Shown: one piece after another, positions 7,776 through 17,511 of the stretch
How the letters are laid out: the number at the start of each line of letters is the position of its first letter
Position numbering within the stretch: the first letter of the stretch is position 1
NCBI GenBank assembly: GCA_038240335.1
Contig: JBBSDV010000001.1
Location: 1-46,416 of the forward strand
DNA from: Dehalococcoidia bacterium
Lineage (GTDB): Bacteria; Chloroflexota; Dehalococcoidia; DSTF01; JACRBR01
Direction: 5' to 3'
DNA: 46,416 nucleotides
Program-made: the position numbers and the translations under genes
Notes under the pieces: model-generated
Told to the model about the DNA's origin: nothing
What the model saw: only the letters and a program-made list of their open reading frames with translations
Databases searched by the model: none

Positions 7776-8744
7776 ATGACGACGAGCACGACCGACTACG
7801 ACATCATCATCATCGGCGCCGGGCCAGCCGGACTCTCGGCCGGCATGTACGCGGCGCGAGCACGGCGGCGGACGCTGATGATCGAACGCAAGATCACAGG
7901 CGGCCAGATCGCGCTGACCGCCGGCGTCGAGAACTATCCCGGCATCGACCTGATCAACGGCTTCGACCTGGCACAGGCGATGCACGAGCAGGCGACGAAG
8001 TACGGGATGGAGACGACGCCCGGCGATGCGACCGGCATCGAGCAGTTGGCGGACGGCCGCCACCGCGTGCGGACGGACGAGGGCGACTACACCGGGCGCG
8101 CCGTCATCCTCACCGGCGGCGCCGACTACAACCGGCTCGGCGTGCCGGGCGAGGATCGGCTGACCGGCTTCGGCGTCTCGTACTGCGCGACGTGCGACGC
8201 GGCGTTCTTCAAGGACCACGATGTCGCCGTCGTCGGCGGCGGCGATGCGGCGCTCGATGAGGGTCTCTTCGTGACGCGCTACGTCCGGCACGTCAGCCTG
8301 ATCCATCGTCGCGACGCGCTACGGGCCAGCGCGATTCTGCAGGAGCGCGCGTTTGCGGAGCCGAAGATCGAGTTCGTCTGGAACACGGTCGTCGAGGAGA
8401 TCCTCGGCGATGACGCGGTGACGGGGGTGCGTATCCGCAACGTCGAGAGCGGCGAGACGTCGGTGCTGCCGGTGACGGCCGTCTTCATCTTCATCGGCCT
8501 GACGCCGAACACCGACTATCTGCGCGGGCTGGTGAAGACTGATGCCGACGGCCATATCTATGTGAACGAATGGATGGAGACGGAGGTGCCCGGCCTCTTC
8601 GCTGCGGGCGACATTCGCGCGAACTCGGCGCGGCAGGTCGTCAGCGCCGCCGGCGACGGCGCGACCGCGGCGATCCGCGCGGACCACTACATCAGCGACA
8701 GCTTCGCCGCCGCTGTTGGAAGCGGGAAGCGCGCGATCGGTTGA
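7776..8744 (+). CDS. trxB: Thioredoxin-disulfide reductase
   Basis: GAGPAG FAD motif, CATC redox-active disulfide, and a second dinucleotide fold VVGGGDAA. The start is taken at ATG 7776 (MTTSTTDYDIIIIGAG) after AGGAAAG. Confidence 0.9.
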   Translation: MTTSTTDYDIIIIGAGPAGLSAGMYAARARRRTLMIERKITGGQIALTAGVENYPGIDLINGFDLAQAMHEQATKYGMETTPGDATGIEQLADGRHRVRTDEGDYTGRAVILTGGADYNRLGVPGEDRLTGFGVSYCATCDAAFFKDHDVAVVGGGDAALDEGLFVTRYVRHVSLIHRRDALRASAILQERAFAEPKIEFVWNTVVEEILGDDAVTGVRIRNVESGETSVLPVTAVFIFIGLTPNTDYLRGLVKTDADGHIYVNEWMETEVPGLFAAGDIRANSARQVVSAAGDGATAAIRADHYISDSFAAAVGSGKRAIG

Positions 8745-8860
8745 GGTCGTACGGATCCCGGGGCCAAGTTCGGAACCTTGTCGTTGATCCGGAGCGTGAT
8801 GAACCCGTTGGCGCACGGAAACCAAAGAAGCGCTAGAAGCACTGCAACGGAGGTAACGTT

Positions 8861-8882
8861 GGCTGGATCTCGAGATCCAGCC
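8861..8882. terminator. Perfect 22-bp palindrome between convergent trxB and thiolase genes
   Basis: GGCTGGATCTCGAGATCCAGCC, a candidate bidirectional terminator hairpin with no U-tract. Confidence 0.45.
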
Positions 8883-8911
8883 TCCAACCTCCACTGACCA
8901 AACAGCCAGCC

Positions 8912-10219
8912 CTAGATCGCCTCGATGATCGTCGATATGCCCATGCCGACGCCGATGCACTGCGTCGCCAGGCCGTAGCGCTTGCCCGACCTCCGCAGTT
9001 CGTGCGCGACTGTCGAGACGAGCCGCGCGCCCGTCGCACCGAGCGGATGGCCGATCGCGATCGAGCCGCCGTTGACGTTCACCTTGTCCATCGAGATGCC
9101 CAGCTCGCGGCACGACGGGATCACCTGCGCCGCAAACGCCTCGTTGAACTCGACGCGGTCGATCTGATCTGCCGAGATGCCCGCGTGGCGCAGCGCCTTG
9201 TTCGTCGCCGGGATCGGCCCCAGGCCCATCACCTGCGGCTTCACACCGCCCACGCCCATGCCGATAATGCGCGCCAGCGGCGTCAGGCCGAGCTCGCGCG
9301 CCTTGTCCTCCGACATCAGCAGCGCCGCTGAGATGCCGTCGTTCGTCGGGCAGGAGTTGCCGGCCGTGATCCGCAGGTCCGTGTCGCCGAAGCTCTTGAT
9401 GCCGCCGACCGGCTTCAGTGCGCCGAGCCCCTCGACGTTCGTGCCGCGGCGCAGGCATTCGTCCTGCTCAAACGTGATCTGCTTGCCGTGCTCGTCCGCC
9501 AGCCAATTGCCCTGGTCGTCGAACACGGGCAGCTCGACATCGAGCGGAATGATTTCGTCCTTGTAGATGCCCTTGTCGTAGGCCGCCGCCACGCGCCGGT
9601 GGCTCTCCGCCGAGTACTCGTCCATCTCCTCGCGCGACAGGTTGTACACCTCCGCGACGTTCTGCGCTGTCTGCGTCATCGACGTGATCGCGGGCGCATC
9701 GAGAATGTAATCCGGGAACGGCACCGAGAAGTTCTTGTCGTGATCCGGCGTCATGTTGCGCTGCATCTCGTTCATCTGCGGCAGCTTCTTGTTGAACTCC
9801 GTGACGCGCGTCTTCGGTGCGCCGTTACCGCCGCCCGCGAGCGATCGGCCCATGCGCTCGATGCCGAGCGCGATGCCGCACTCCGTCGCGCCCACCATGA
9901 TCGACTGCGCCACCCGGTGCAGCGTCTCCATGCTCGAGCCGCACTGGCGGTTCGAGTCGAAGGAGCACGCCTCGGCAGGCAGCCCGGCGAGATGGGCGAC
10001 GTTATTCGCGCCGATCAGGATCAGCTCGCCCGCGCCCATCACATTGCCCAGGCCGATGTCCTCGACCATCCACGGACTGACCTTCGGATTGCGCTCCATC
10101 AGCGCGCGCAGCACCCTGGCGCCCGCATCGTCGAGCCGCGTCGCTACGAGACTGCCGCGCCCGCCGCGCCCGAATGCCGATCGCACACCATCGACCAGCA
10201 CCACGTTCTTGAGTTCCAT
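8912..10219 (-). CDS. Thiolase-family acetyl-CoA C-acyltransferase
   Basis: NRQCGSS (nucleophilic Cys), GHPLGATGARL, CIGVGMG. The start is taken at ATG 10219 (MELKNVVLVDGVRSAFG) with GGAGG upstream. Confidence 0.9.
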   Translation of the reverse strand: MELKNVVLVDGVRSAFGRGGRGSLVATRLDDAGARVLRALMERNPKVSPWMVEDIGLGNVMGAGELILIGANNVAHLAGLPAEACSFDSNRQCGSSMETLHRVAQSIMVGATECGIALGIERMGRSLAGGGNGAPKTRVTEFNKKLPQMNEMQRNMTPDHDKNFSVPFPDYILDAPAITSMTQTAQNVAEVYNLSREEMDEYSAESHRRVAAAYDKGIYKDEIIPLDVELPVFDDQGNWLADEHGKQITFEQDECLRRGTNVEGLGALKPVGGIKSFGDTDLRITAGNSCPTNDGISAALLMSEDKARELGLTPLARIIGMGVGGVKPQVMGLGPIPATNKALRHAGISADQIDRVEFNEAFAAQVIPSCRELGISMDKVNVNGGSIAIGHPLGATGARLVSTVAHELRRSGKRYGLATQCIGVGMGISTIIEAI

Positions 10220-10552
10220 CGAAATACCTCCGCTATACGTCATAAGGGCGCCAAGCCGACGCCAGACGCGAATTCCAGTCTAATCTGCGGCTTCTCTGGA
10301 AGCTAGCGGCATCAGCTTCTTGTTTGAAACTCGTCGTTGACGGCGTTAGGCCGGTGATTACGCGCGCAAAGCACGTGCGTCGAGGGAAGAACGGAGGACC
10401 GAACCCGGATAGCGGCGCATCTCCGAGAGGCCTCGGATGGCGAGCAGTGGGGACGCGTGCGAAGGCGCTAAAGACGTCGCGCAAATGGACTGGCGGCGCG
10501 TTGCGCCGTTCGTCATTCTTCAAGACGCCACCCGCGACCAGCAGGGATCGCA

Positions 10553-11434
10553 ATGACCTCACAGCGCGACATTCTCGAGTTCTACGTCAAACCGGCGAAG
10601 ATGGCCGACCCCGGCGAGCACGCGCCGATGTTGGGCGCGTTGCCGTCCGACGTCGAGTCGCTCGCGCGTATTGCGCAGGGCCTGCTGCTGCATGAACATA
10701 TCGCGCCCGCCTACGGTGTTACGCTGACGGACGAGCGACGGAGCGAGGTTCACCTCCGCTCGAACGAGCAACGACTGGATCGATTCCTCGGGCGAGACCC
10801 GCGGCCGCTCGACATCGCCAGGCCCGCCGCCGAGCGGCTGATCAGCAACTGCCGACACACAAGCTTGCTGATGGTCGCAATGCTGCGCGCCCGGCAAGTG
10901 CCGGCGCGAGCGCGTTGCGGATTCGGCGGCTACTTCGAGCGCGGCCAATTCGGCGATCACTGGGTCTGCGAGTATTGGCGCGCCGATGAACAGCGCTGGC
11001 TGCTCGTCGACGCACAGATCGACGAGGTGCAACGGAAGCTCTTCGACATCGACTTTGACCTCCTCGACGTGCCGCGCGATCGCTTCCTCGTCGCGGGAGA
11101 TGCGTGGGCCCGATGCCGCGCTGGCGAGCTGGACGCGGCGAACTTCGGGATCCTTGATATGAGAGGCCTCTGGTTCATCTCGGGGAATCTCGTTCGCGAC
11201 GTCGCCGCGATCAACAACATGGAGATGCTGCCGTGGGACGTGTGGGGCGCAATGACCGGGCCCGGGGAAGCAATGAATAGCGAGCGGATTGCTCTCTACG
11301 ACCGGTTGGCGGCTCTCACGCACGATCCTGACGCGTCATTCGTCGAGCTCCGCGACCTCTATGAGAATGACGAGCGACTGCGCGTGCCTCCAACCGTGCT
11401 GAACGCCGTCCTGCGCCGCATGGAGTCGATCTAG
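10553..11434 (+). CDS. Transglutaminase-like cysteine-protease-fold protein
   Basis: A Cys (SNCRHTSLLMVAMLRARQVPARARCGFGGY), then His (DHWVCEYW) and Asp (LLVD) in transglutaminase-core order. Confidence 0.7.
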   Translation: MTSQRDILEFYVKPAKMADPGEHAPMLGALPSDVESLARIAQGLLLHEHIAPAYGVTLTDERRSEVHLRSNEQRLDRFLGRDPRPLDIARPAAERLISNCRHTSLLMVAMLRARQVPARARCGFGGYFERGQFGDHWVCEYWRADEQRWLLVDAQIDEVQRKLFDIDFDLLDVPRDRFLVAGDAWARCRAGELDAANFGILDMRGLWFISGNLVRDVAAINNMEMLPWDVWGAMTGPGEAMNSERIALYDRLAALTHDPDASFVELRDLYENDERLRVPPTVLNAVLRRMESI

Positions 11435-11512
11435 CGAGCGGCGGCCGGGAGGCGGCGAGATCATCCACGAGCGTGCGCGGCACTGGCTCACTTCGGCATC
11501 CCTCGAGCCGAT

Positions 11513-12109
11513 CTAGTCCGCTGCAACCCCGATCGTCGCGCGGATCGCCTCGATCTGCGGCCGGTGATTGTCGTCGTGGATGCGCTGAAACACCATCCAC
11601 TCGCGGCAGTTGAGATCGCCGAACATGAAGTGCCGGAAGGTCGTCTCCGGCAGCGCCGCACCGTCCGTCGAGCGGATCACGTTCAGCATCGAAGCATGCG
11701 CATCACAAGCCGCGGCCCGAGCATCAGCAAGCGTCTCGAACCGCTTCAGCGTGACGCCGTCCTGTGCCGATGGCTGCTCGGCCGCCTTGCCGAAACCCGG
11801 CGGTAGTTGCCCGTTGACGAGAGCGGCACTGAGCGTCGCGAACAGCCGCTTCCCCGTCACGACGTGGTCCATCGTCTGCAAGATCGACCATTCGTCGGGC
11901 GCCGGCTTCCGCATCGCCTCGCTCTCCGAGACGCCGTCGATCGCCGCAAGCAGCGCGGCGTGGCCTTCCTCGACGATCGCCTCGATCTCCGCGCCGCTCT
12001 TCTCGGCGCCTTCGCGCATGAACGCGATCGCGGCCGCCTTCTTTTCCTCCGGCATCAGCATCGTCTGGCTGCCATCCGGATTCTTGATATAGCTCATCTC
12101 GAGATCCAC
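11513..12109 (-). CDS. DinB-family protein
   Basis: 198 aa. EWSILQTMDHVV ... FQRIHDDNHRPQI gives the His triad pattern of DinB-like bundles. The start could instead be 12097. Confidence 0.65.
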   Translation of the reverse strand: MDLEMSYIKNPDGSQTMLMPEEKKAAAIAFMREGAEKSGAEIEAIVEEGHAALLAAIDGVSESEAMRKPAPDEWSILQTMDHVVTGKRLFATLSAALVNGQLPPGFGKAAEQPSAQDGVTLKRFETLADARAAACDAHASMLNVIRSTDGAALPETTFRHFMFGDLNCREWMVFQRIHDDNHRPQIEAIRATIGVAAD

Positions 12110-12202
12110 GCATCACCTCCATGGAACATCTGACACGACAGCCGCCGCATGCTAAGCCGCGCTCGACGCGTCACGCCACAACGCGCATCGCGCATCGCGC
12201 GA

Positions 12203-13783
12203 TCACGCCGGCGATGCCACCATCGATGTCGCCATGATGCTCGCCCGATGCGACACGAAGTACGCCAGCCCGATCGCCACGCCGATAATGCACACCGTCG
12301 CGTTGACGCCGAGCGCGCGCTGCGTGCCGAGATTATCCGCCATATACCCGGTGAGGAAGCCGCCGATTGGCGTCGAGCCGGCGAACAGCAGCATGTACAG
12401 CGCCATCACGCGGCCCCGCAGGTGGTCCGGCGTCGCCAACTGCAGCAGCGTGTTCGCCGTCGCCGCGAACGCCGTGTTCGCTATGCCGAGCAGCAGCAAG
12501 AACAGCAGCGTCACGTAGAACCACTGACTCAGCGCCACCGCCATCAGCATCACGGAAAAGCACGCCGCGCCGACGAACAGCGTGTACTTCGTCGCATTTT
12601 TGCGCCCGGCGATCATCAGCGCGGACGTCAGCGCGCCCAACCCTACCGCCGCCGTCATGAATCCGAGACCGGCAGAACCCTGGTTCAGCACGTAGCGTGC
12701 GAGCAGTGGGAGCATGACGGTGAAGTTGTAGCCAAACGTCCCGATGATCGCGACGAGGATGATGATCAGCATCACCGATGGCGTCCGGAACGCGTAGGCC
12801 AGCCCCTCGCGCAACTCGTGCACCGGGTTCGCCGATGCCCGCTTGTTCGTACCGTACAAGTGCGAGAGGTTCATCATCACGAGACTCGCGATCACGGGGA
12901 CAAAACTCAGCCCGTTGAGCAGGAACGCCCACTTCAGCCCGAACGCCGCGATAATCAAGCCGCCGAGGCCGGGGCCGATCAGCCGCGCGCCGTTGAAGAT
13001 GCCCGAGTTGAGAGCCACCGCGTTCATCAGGTCGTCCTTGCCGACCATCTCGACGACGAACGCCTGCCGCGTCGGCTGCTCGAACGCGTTCGCGATGCCC
13101 AGCATCAACGCCAGCACGTACACATGCCACAACTCGACGTGGCCCGACCACACGAGCACCGCGAGGATGATCGCCTGCGTCATCGCCAGCATCTGCGTCG
13201 CGAGAATGAAGTTGCGCTTCGGCACGCGGTCGGCGATGACGCCGGCGAACAACACGAACACCGTGATCGGCAGGAACTGCAGCAGTGTCACCGTGCCGAG
13301 CGCGATCTTTGAGTCAGTGATCTGCAGCACCAGCAGCGCCTGCGCGATCGTCTGCATCCACGTGCCGCTCAGCGAGATCGATTGGCCGATGAAGTAGAGG
13401 CGATAATTGCGATTCCGCAGCGCCCGAAACGTCCCGCCGAAGATCCGGCTCTCCGACGGCGTGCCACCCGCAGGATCGATGGGCGGAATACCGCCGAGAG
13501 GTGCGCCGGGCATCATGCCATTCGCGCCAACCGTTGCCACAGTCGTGGCCGCGGCACTATTCGCGTGCCCATCCACGTCGGCGCCGGCATCCGAGTTCGC
13601 TGCATCGAGTGCGCGCTCCGCGACCGAAGGAAATGGCGCGACGCCCGCCGAGGCATCCTGCACCTGCCGCCACGGCAGCGCGCGCATCACCCGATCTGCA
13701 AGCCGGCTCACGCCCTCACCTTCCCGTAAACGGCAACGTTTCGTCAGTATAGCGAAGGCTGGACGCTGGATCCTCGATTGCAT
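12203..13783 (-). CDS. MFS transporter (MFS_3/EntS-like)
   Basis: FRALRNRNYRLYFIGQSISLSGTWMQ followed by about 12 TM segments. The N-terminal ~110 aa are low-complexity, so the true start is uncertain (alternative ATG 13687). Confidence 0.8.
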   Translation of the reverse strand: MQSRIQRPAFAILTKRCRLREGEGVSRLADRVMRALPWRQVQDASAGVAPFPSVAERALDAANSDAGADVDGHANSAAATTVATVGANGMMPGAPLGGIPPIDPAGGTPSESRIFGGTFRALRNRNYRLYFIGQSISLSGTWMQTIAQALLVLQITDSKIALGTVTLLQFLPITVFVLFAGVIADRVPKRNFILATQMLAMTQAIILAVLVWSGHVELWHVYVLALMLGIANAFEQPTRQAFVVEMVGKDDLMNAVALNSGIFNGARLIGPGLGGLIIAAFGLKWAFLLNGLSFVPVIASLVMMNLSHLYGTNKRASANPVHELREGLAYAFRTPSVMLIIILVAIIGTFGYNFTVMLPLLARYVLNQGSAGLGFMTAAVGLGALTSALMIAGRKNATKYTLFVGAACFSVMLMAVALSQWFYVTLLFLLLLGIANTAFAATANTLLQLATPDHLRGRVMALYMLLFAGSTPIGGFLTGYMADNLGTQRALGVNATVCIIGVAIGLAYFVSHRASIMATSMVASPA

Positions 13784-13988
13784 CGCCGCGTCGATGAAGC
13801 AGGAACGGGGTGTCCCCCAACTTGCGCACTCTCAGTCTTTCTCTTCTTCTCCTAAGCGTTGCACCCGCGTACACACACGCGTACACGGCGATGGATGCGA
13901 CCAAGTCGGACAACACCGAGACGCGTAGTCGTCTCGAACTTGAAGAACCACACTACCAACGACGAGCTACAAACGACACACTATCCCC

Positions 13989-14759
13989 ATGCCCTGGAAC
14001 CCAGACCAATACCGCAAGTTCGCGACCGAACGCTTCGCCCCGTTCGAGGATCTCTTCGCGCTCATCCAAACGCGGTCTGGCATGCGCGTGGTCGACCTCG
14101 GCTGTGGCACCGGCGAACTCACCGCCCGCCTCGCCGACCGTCTGCCCGAAAGCGACGTCCTCGGTGTCGATGCGTCGGCGTCGATGCTCGCCGCCGCCGC
14201 CCCGCTCGCACGCCACGGTCTGCGCTTCGAACACCGCGCAATCGAGGACGTCAACGGCACATGGGACCTCGTCTTTTCGCACGCCGCGCTGCAGTGGATC
14301 GACGGCCATGAGCGCTTGATCCCCGCCCTCCTCGCGCTCGTCGCGCCGGGCGGACAGCTCGCGGTCCAGGTGCCGTCGAACCACGATCATCCCAGCCATA
14401 GGCTGATCGTCGAGACGGCCAACGAGCCGCAGTTCCGAGATGCGCTCGGCGGCTGGCAGCGCCCACTGCCCGTACTGGCGATCGACGCCTACGCAACACT
14501 GCTCCATGCGCACGCCGCCAGCGGCATCACGGTCATCGAGAAGGTCTATCCCCACATCCTCGCCGACGCAGACGCGCTCGCCGAGTGGGTCTCCGGCACC
14601 GCCCTCGTCCCCTACATGGAGCGCCTCCCCGACGACCTCCGCGCCCCGTTCATGGCCCGCTACCGCGCCCGGCTGCGCCAGCAGTTTCCCGATGCTCCCG
14701 TCTTCTACCCCTTCCGCCGCACCCTCTTCGCCGCCGCCGCGCGGGGTGGAGCGAGATAG
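13989..14759 (+). CDS. tam: Trans-aconitate 2-methyltransferase-like SAM-dependent methyltransferase
   Basis: MPWNPDQYRKFATERFAPFEDL, VVDLGCGTG, FSHAALQWI: the typical Tam layout. Confidence 0.8.
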   Translation: MPWNPDQYRKFATERFAPFEDLFALIQTRSGMRVVDLGCGTGELTARLADRLPESDVLGVDASASMLAAAAPLARHGLRFEHRAIEDVNGTWDLVFSHAALQWIDGHERLIPALLALVAPGGQLAVQVPSNHDHPSHRLIVETANEPQFRDALGGWQRPLPVLAIDAYATLLHAHAASGITVIEKVYPHILADADALAEWVSGTALVPYMERLPDDLRAPFMARYRARLRQQFPDAPVFYPFRRTLFAAAARGGAR

Positions 14760-14825
14760 CGCCGCCGTCCCCGGAGGGCGCATCCGGCTAGACGGCGTCG
14801 ATGCATCACGAACTCGCCGGAAAGC

Positions 14826-14862
14826 AAGGCGCAGCGTGGAGTATTTCCACGCTGCGCCTTTT
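14826..14862 (+). terminator. Intrinsic terminator after tam
   Basis: AAGGCGCAGCGTGGA (14826-14840), 5-nt loop, TCCACGCTGCGCCTT (14846-14860), running into TTTT (14859-14862). It sits between convergent genes. Confidence 0.75.
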
Positions 14863-14889
14863 GCGAAATCTCGTGTCACCGCACGCCGG

Positions 14890-16065
14890 CTAGTACGCGG
14901 CGAGACCCGAGGCGCCGTCGTTCACCGGCAGGCCACCGTCAACCTCGCCGAGCGGCGTCAAAGACGCGTCCGCCTCGACGCGGAGCGCCGCAACGCCGCC
15001 CGGACCGCGAAGCAGTTGATACAAGTACTGCCCGTCGGCGCTAAAGGCGGAATCGACCGGCTGGCTCTTCGGGCCGAACGAAGCCGCGGCGCCATTCAGC
15101 AGGGTCAGCACGCCTGAAGGATCGAGACTGAAACTCGAGATCGTACCGCTGCCAAAATTCGACGCATAGACATACTTGCCGTCGTTCGTGATCACGACCC
15201 AGCAGACGTCCGTCTGCAGCGTCGGCACAGAGCCCGTGATCAGGCTGATCGTGCCGCCGGGGTTCAACTGGTACGAGGAGGCCGCGGACTTCGTCTCGGC
15301 CGCGTTGAATGACTCGACGACGACGAGCTTACCATCATTCCGGAAGGCGAGACTGAACGGCCGGATACCGTGAGATTCCTCCGGAGTCGGCATCGCGCTG
15401 GCGTAGCCATCGGCGCCGATGGTGAACGAGTCGATGATGTGATACGGCGGCACCAGCTCGTTCGTCACCTTTTGCGTGACGAGGATGACCTGGCCGTCCG
15501 GGCTGAACTGGATGGTGCCGGGAACGGCGATCGGGGAGCTGAGCGGCCGGAACGAGTCCGGCAGCGGAACCAGCGTGCCATCCGAAGCGATGCGGAAGCC
15601 GGTGATTCCGTTCCCCGCAACCGACCCGTTCAGGACGTAGAGCAGGTTGCCCGAGATCGTGAGCGCGACCGGCTCATCGCCGACATCGATGATTTGGCGA
15701 AACTGTAGCCGGGATCCATCGACTTCAAACACCGTAACGTTGTCGCTGCCGGCGTTCACCGCATAGAGGTAGCGATGATCGGCGCTCAGCCGCAGCCCTC
15801 CCTGCGTATCGAGATCGACGCCGATGCCGAGGCCCCGCGTGCGCCGCGTGCCGCTGCGCCGATCCAGCGTGCCGTCCTCGGCGCGGCTGTATGCGACGAT
15901 CTCGTTGCCGGCGGTGGCGTTCGTCATTGCGAAGACCGCGCCGGCCTCCCGCGACTTTCCATGTTCCCCCGCGAGGGCGCTGGTTTGAGTGAGGCTCATC
16001 AGGCCGACGGCCGCTAGAGTCAGCAGCAGCGTGGCGAAAACGAACCGTCTTGTTGTGCGAATCAT
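14890..16065 (-). CDS. Secreted 7-bladed beta-propeller lactonase-family protein
   Basis: Signal-like N-terminus MIRTTRRFVFATLLLTLAAVGLMSL. Repeated motifs of the LYAVNAGSDNVTVFEV / LYVLNGS type. GAGGAAGG precedes ATG 16065. Confidence 0.75.
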   Translation of the reverse strand: MIRTTRRFVFATLLLTLAAVGLMSLTQTSALAGEHGKSREAGAVFAMTNATAGNEIVAYSRAEDGTLDRRSGTRRTRGLGIGVDLDTQGGLRLSADHRYLYAVNAGSDNVTVFEVDGSRLQFRQIIDVGDEPVALTISGNLLYVLNGSVAGNGITGFRIASDGTLVPLPDSFRPLSSPIAVPGTIQFSPDGQVILVTQKVTNELVPPYHIIDSFTIGADGYASAMPTPEESHGIRPFSLAFRNDGKLVVVESFNAAETKSAASSYQLNPGGTISLITGSVPTLQTDVCWVVITNDGKYVYASNFGSGTISSFSLDPSGVLTLLNGAAASFGPKSQPVDSAFSADGQYLYQLLRGPGGVAALRVEADASLTPLGEVDGGLPVNDGASGLAAY

Positions 16066-16514
16066 ACGTACCTTCCTCTTCTTGTTGTGTCGAAACGTCG
16101 GATTGGGAACCGGTTACCGCATCGCCGCGGGTGTGCGTGATCACCTCTTTCTTCAAGCCGCGAACGGCGGCACCCCGGGCAGGACAGCCGTCGCGATCGA
16201 GGACCTGGCGTTCCACGTGCGGCCAAGCGAAGCTCGTGCCGAACGTCAACCGCGTGCGGCCAGCGTCCGAAGCAAACACCGAGCGATGCACGCAGATATC
16301 GGCCCAACGTCGCGCAGCGCCCGGAGCACAATCATCATGCGCGCGACGCGTTCCGCCGAGATCCTGCCTTCGGATCAGTCAGAGCTTAGGTACGGGCCAG
16401 ATCGCGCCGTGTGATCGCACGCACACGCGTCTGTCACTTTCGGGGGTTGCCACGTGGACGCGATACACGGCAGCCGTTCGGGAACGTCGATGCGAGGCGC
16501 GCTCGCCGTTCGGA

Positions 16515-17267
16515 TTAGTCCGCCGCGGCGATCGCCTGGAGACGGGTGCCATCGAGCACCTGGATGCGTTCACGCGCGATGCCGATCATGCCGGCCATAC
16601 GGAACTCGTTGAGCACGCGGGTGACCGTCTCCCGGCGCACGCCGACGCGGTCGCCGAGGTCGCCGTGCGAGAGTCCGTTCACTTCGCTGTTTGCATCCAG
16701 CAGCTTGATGAGCAATGAAGCGACGCGCGACGGGATCGCGGGGTGAGCGAGCCGCTCGATGACGTCCTCGGCAACGAGCAGACGTCCACCGAACACGTCC
16801 AGCATGTTCATTGCGACGGTTGGATGGGTGGCGATCAAACGCTCGACGTCGGGGCGAAGAAGGACGAATAACGTGCATGCCTTCGACACTTCGGCGAACG
16901 TGTCGTACACCATGCCGGCAACGAGTGCCAGTTCGCCGAAGAGCGCGCCGGCATTCAACATGTCGATGACGACGCGCCGGCCCCCAGGCGCGATCCTGTA
17001 CAGCCGAACGTTGCCGTGCTGGATCAAGAACAGCGCGCCCGCCTGCTCGCCCTGGCTATAAACGATGCGGCCCGCCGGGTAGGTTCGCAGCTGGATCATC
17101 GGTTCGACCTCGCGCAGGTCGTCCAGCCCCAGACCCCGGAATAGCTGGCTCGACGCGAGGTCGCCGATCTTGGCGTCGCCGCCCGCGCCGTCGCTCGATT
17201 CCTTCGTCACGCTGATCCTCTCTCGAAACCCCGAATTTGCCGCTATTGTCTCACGCACCGGCCTCAA
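16515..17267 (-). CDS. Crp/Fnr-family transcriptional regulator
   Basis: cNMP-binding-like domain (LFRGLGLDDLREV...GALFGELAL) plus a C-terminal HTH (LSHGDLGDRVGVRRETVTRVLNEF). An alternative GTG start at 17210 follows GAGAGGA. Confidence 0.85.
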   Translation of the reverse strand: MRPVRETIAANSGFRERISVTKESSDGAGGDAKIGDLASSQLFRGLGLDDLREVEPMIQLRTYPAGRIVYSQGEQAGALFLIQHGNVRLYRIAPGGRRVVIDMLNAGALFGELALVAGMVYDTFAEVSKACTLFVLLRPDVERLIATHPTVAMNMLDVFGGRLLVAEDVIERLAHPAIPSRVASLLIKLLDANSEVNGLSHGDLGDRVGVRRETVTRVLNEFRMAGMIGIARERIQVLDGTRLQAIAAAD

Positions 17268-17387
17268 GGAGTGTGACCCTACGCACTAAGCGTGACGCTT
17301 CGAGGTGCCGCTGTCTCTAATCCGAGCATCGAAGCGACCAAAGAAGCAGCCAGCGTCAGCAGCCGGAAGGTCCGCTCTCGACACCAA

Positions 17388-17443
17388 CGTCCCGCGTCTG
17401 ACTTCCCGCGTCCCGCCTCCCGCTTCCCGCTTCCCGCGTCCCA
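17388..17443. repeat. Eight heptamers CGTCCCG CGTCTGA CTTCCCG CGTCCCG CCTCCCG CTTCCCG CTTCCCG CGTCCCA
   Basis: Read directly. They lie in the divergent spacer between the crp-like gene and the gene starting at 17512. Confidence 0.85.
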
Positions 17444-17511
17444 ATTGACGCAGCCGCCTTCTCGATCGACGCTAGAGAGCGATCCGCCCGGCGACCAACA
17501 GGAGCAACGCC

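Noticed and set aside
10220-10552. 333-bp divergent spacer between the thiolase and transglutaminase-like genes, with small hairpins (CCGAG aggc CTCGG), considered as a possible riboswitch
   Set aside because: I could not match it to any riboswitch consensus I know (TPP, SAM, cobalamin, glycine, c-di-GMP, guanidine). The structure is not stronger than the background for this G+C content.
12149-13312. 387-aa plus-strand ORF, with similar long ORFs at 3975..5063(-), 7260..8306(-), 8319..9458(-), 32379..34229(+), 34778..36358(+), 40290..41696(+), 41438..42625(+) and 22441..23796(+)
   Set aside because: All overlap strongly supported genes on the other strand or in another frame. All have extreme Arg/Asp/His/Gln or Arg/Ala/Pro composition, so they are G+C artefacts.
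16066-16514. Open minus-strand frame reading ...HDDCAPGAARRWADICVHRSVFASDAGRTRLTFGTSFAWPHVERQVLDRDGCPARG... in the 450-bp gap between the lactonase and crp-like genes
   Set aside because: It has no convincing start or RBS and runs into the lactonase gene out of frame. I recognise no family. It may be a gene remnant, but I cannot support a call.
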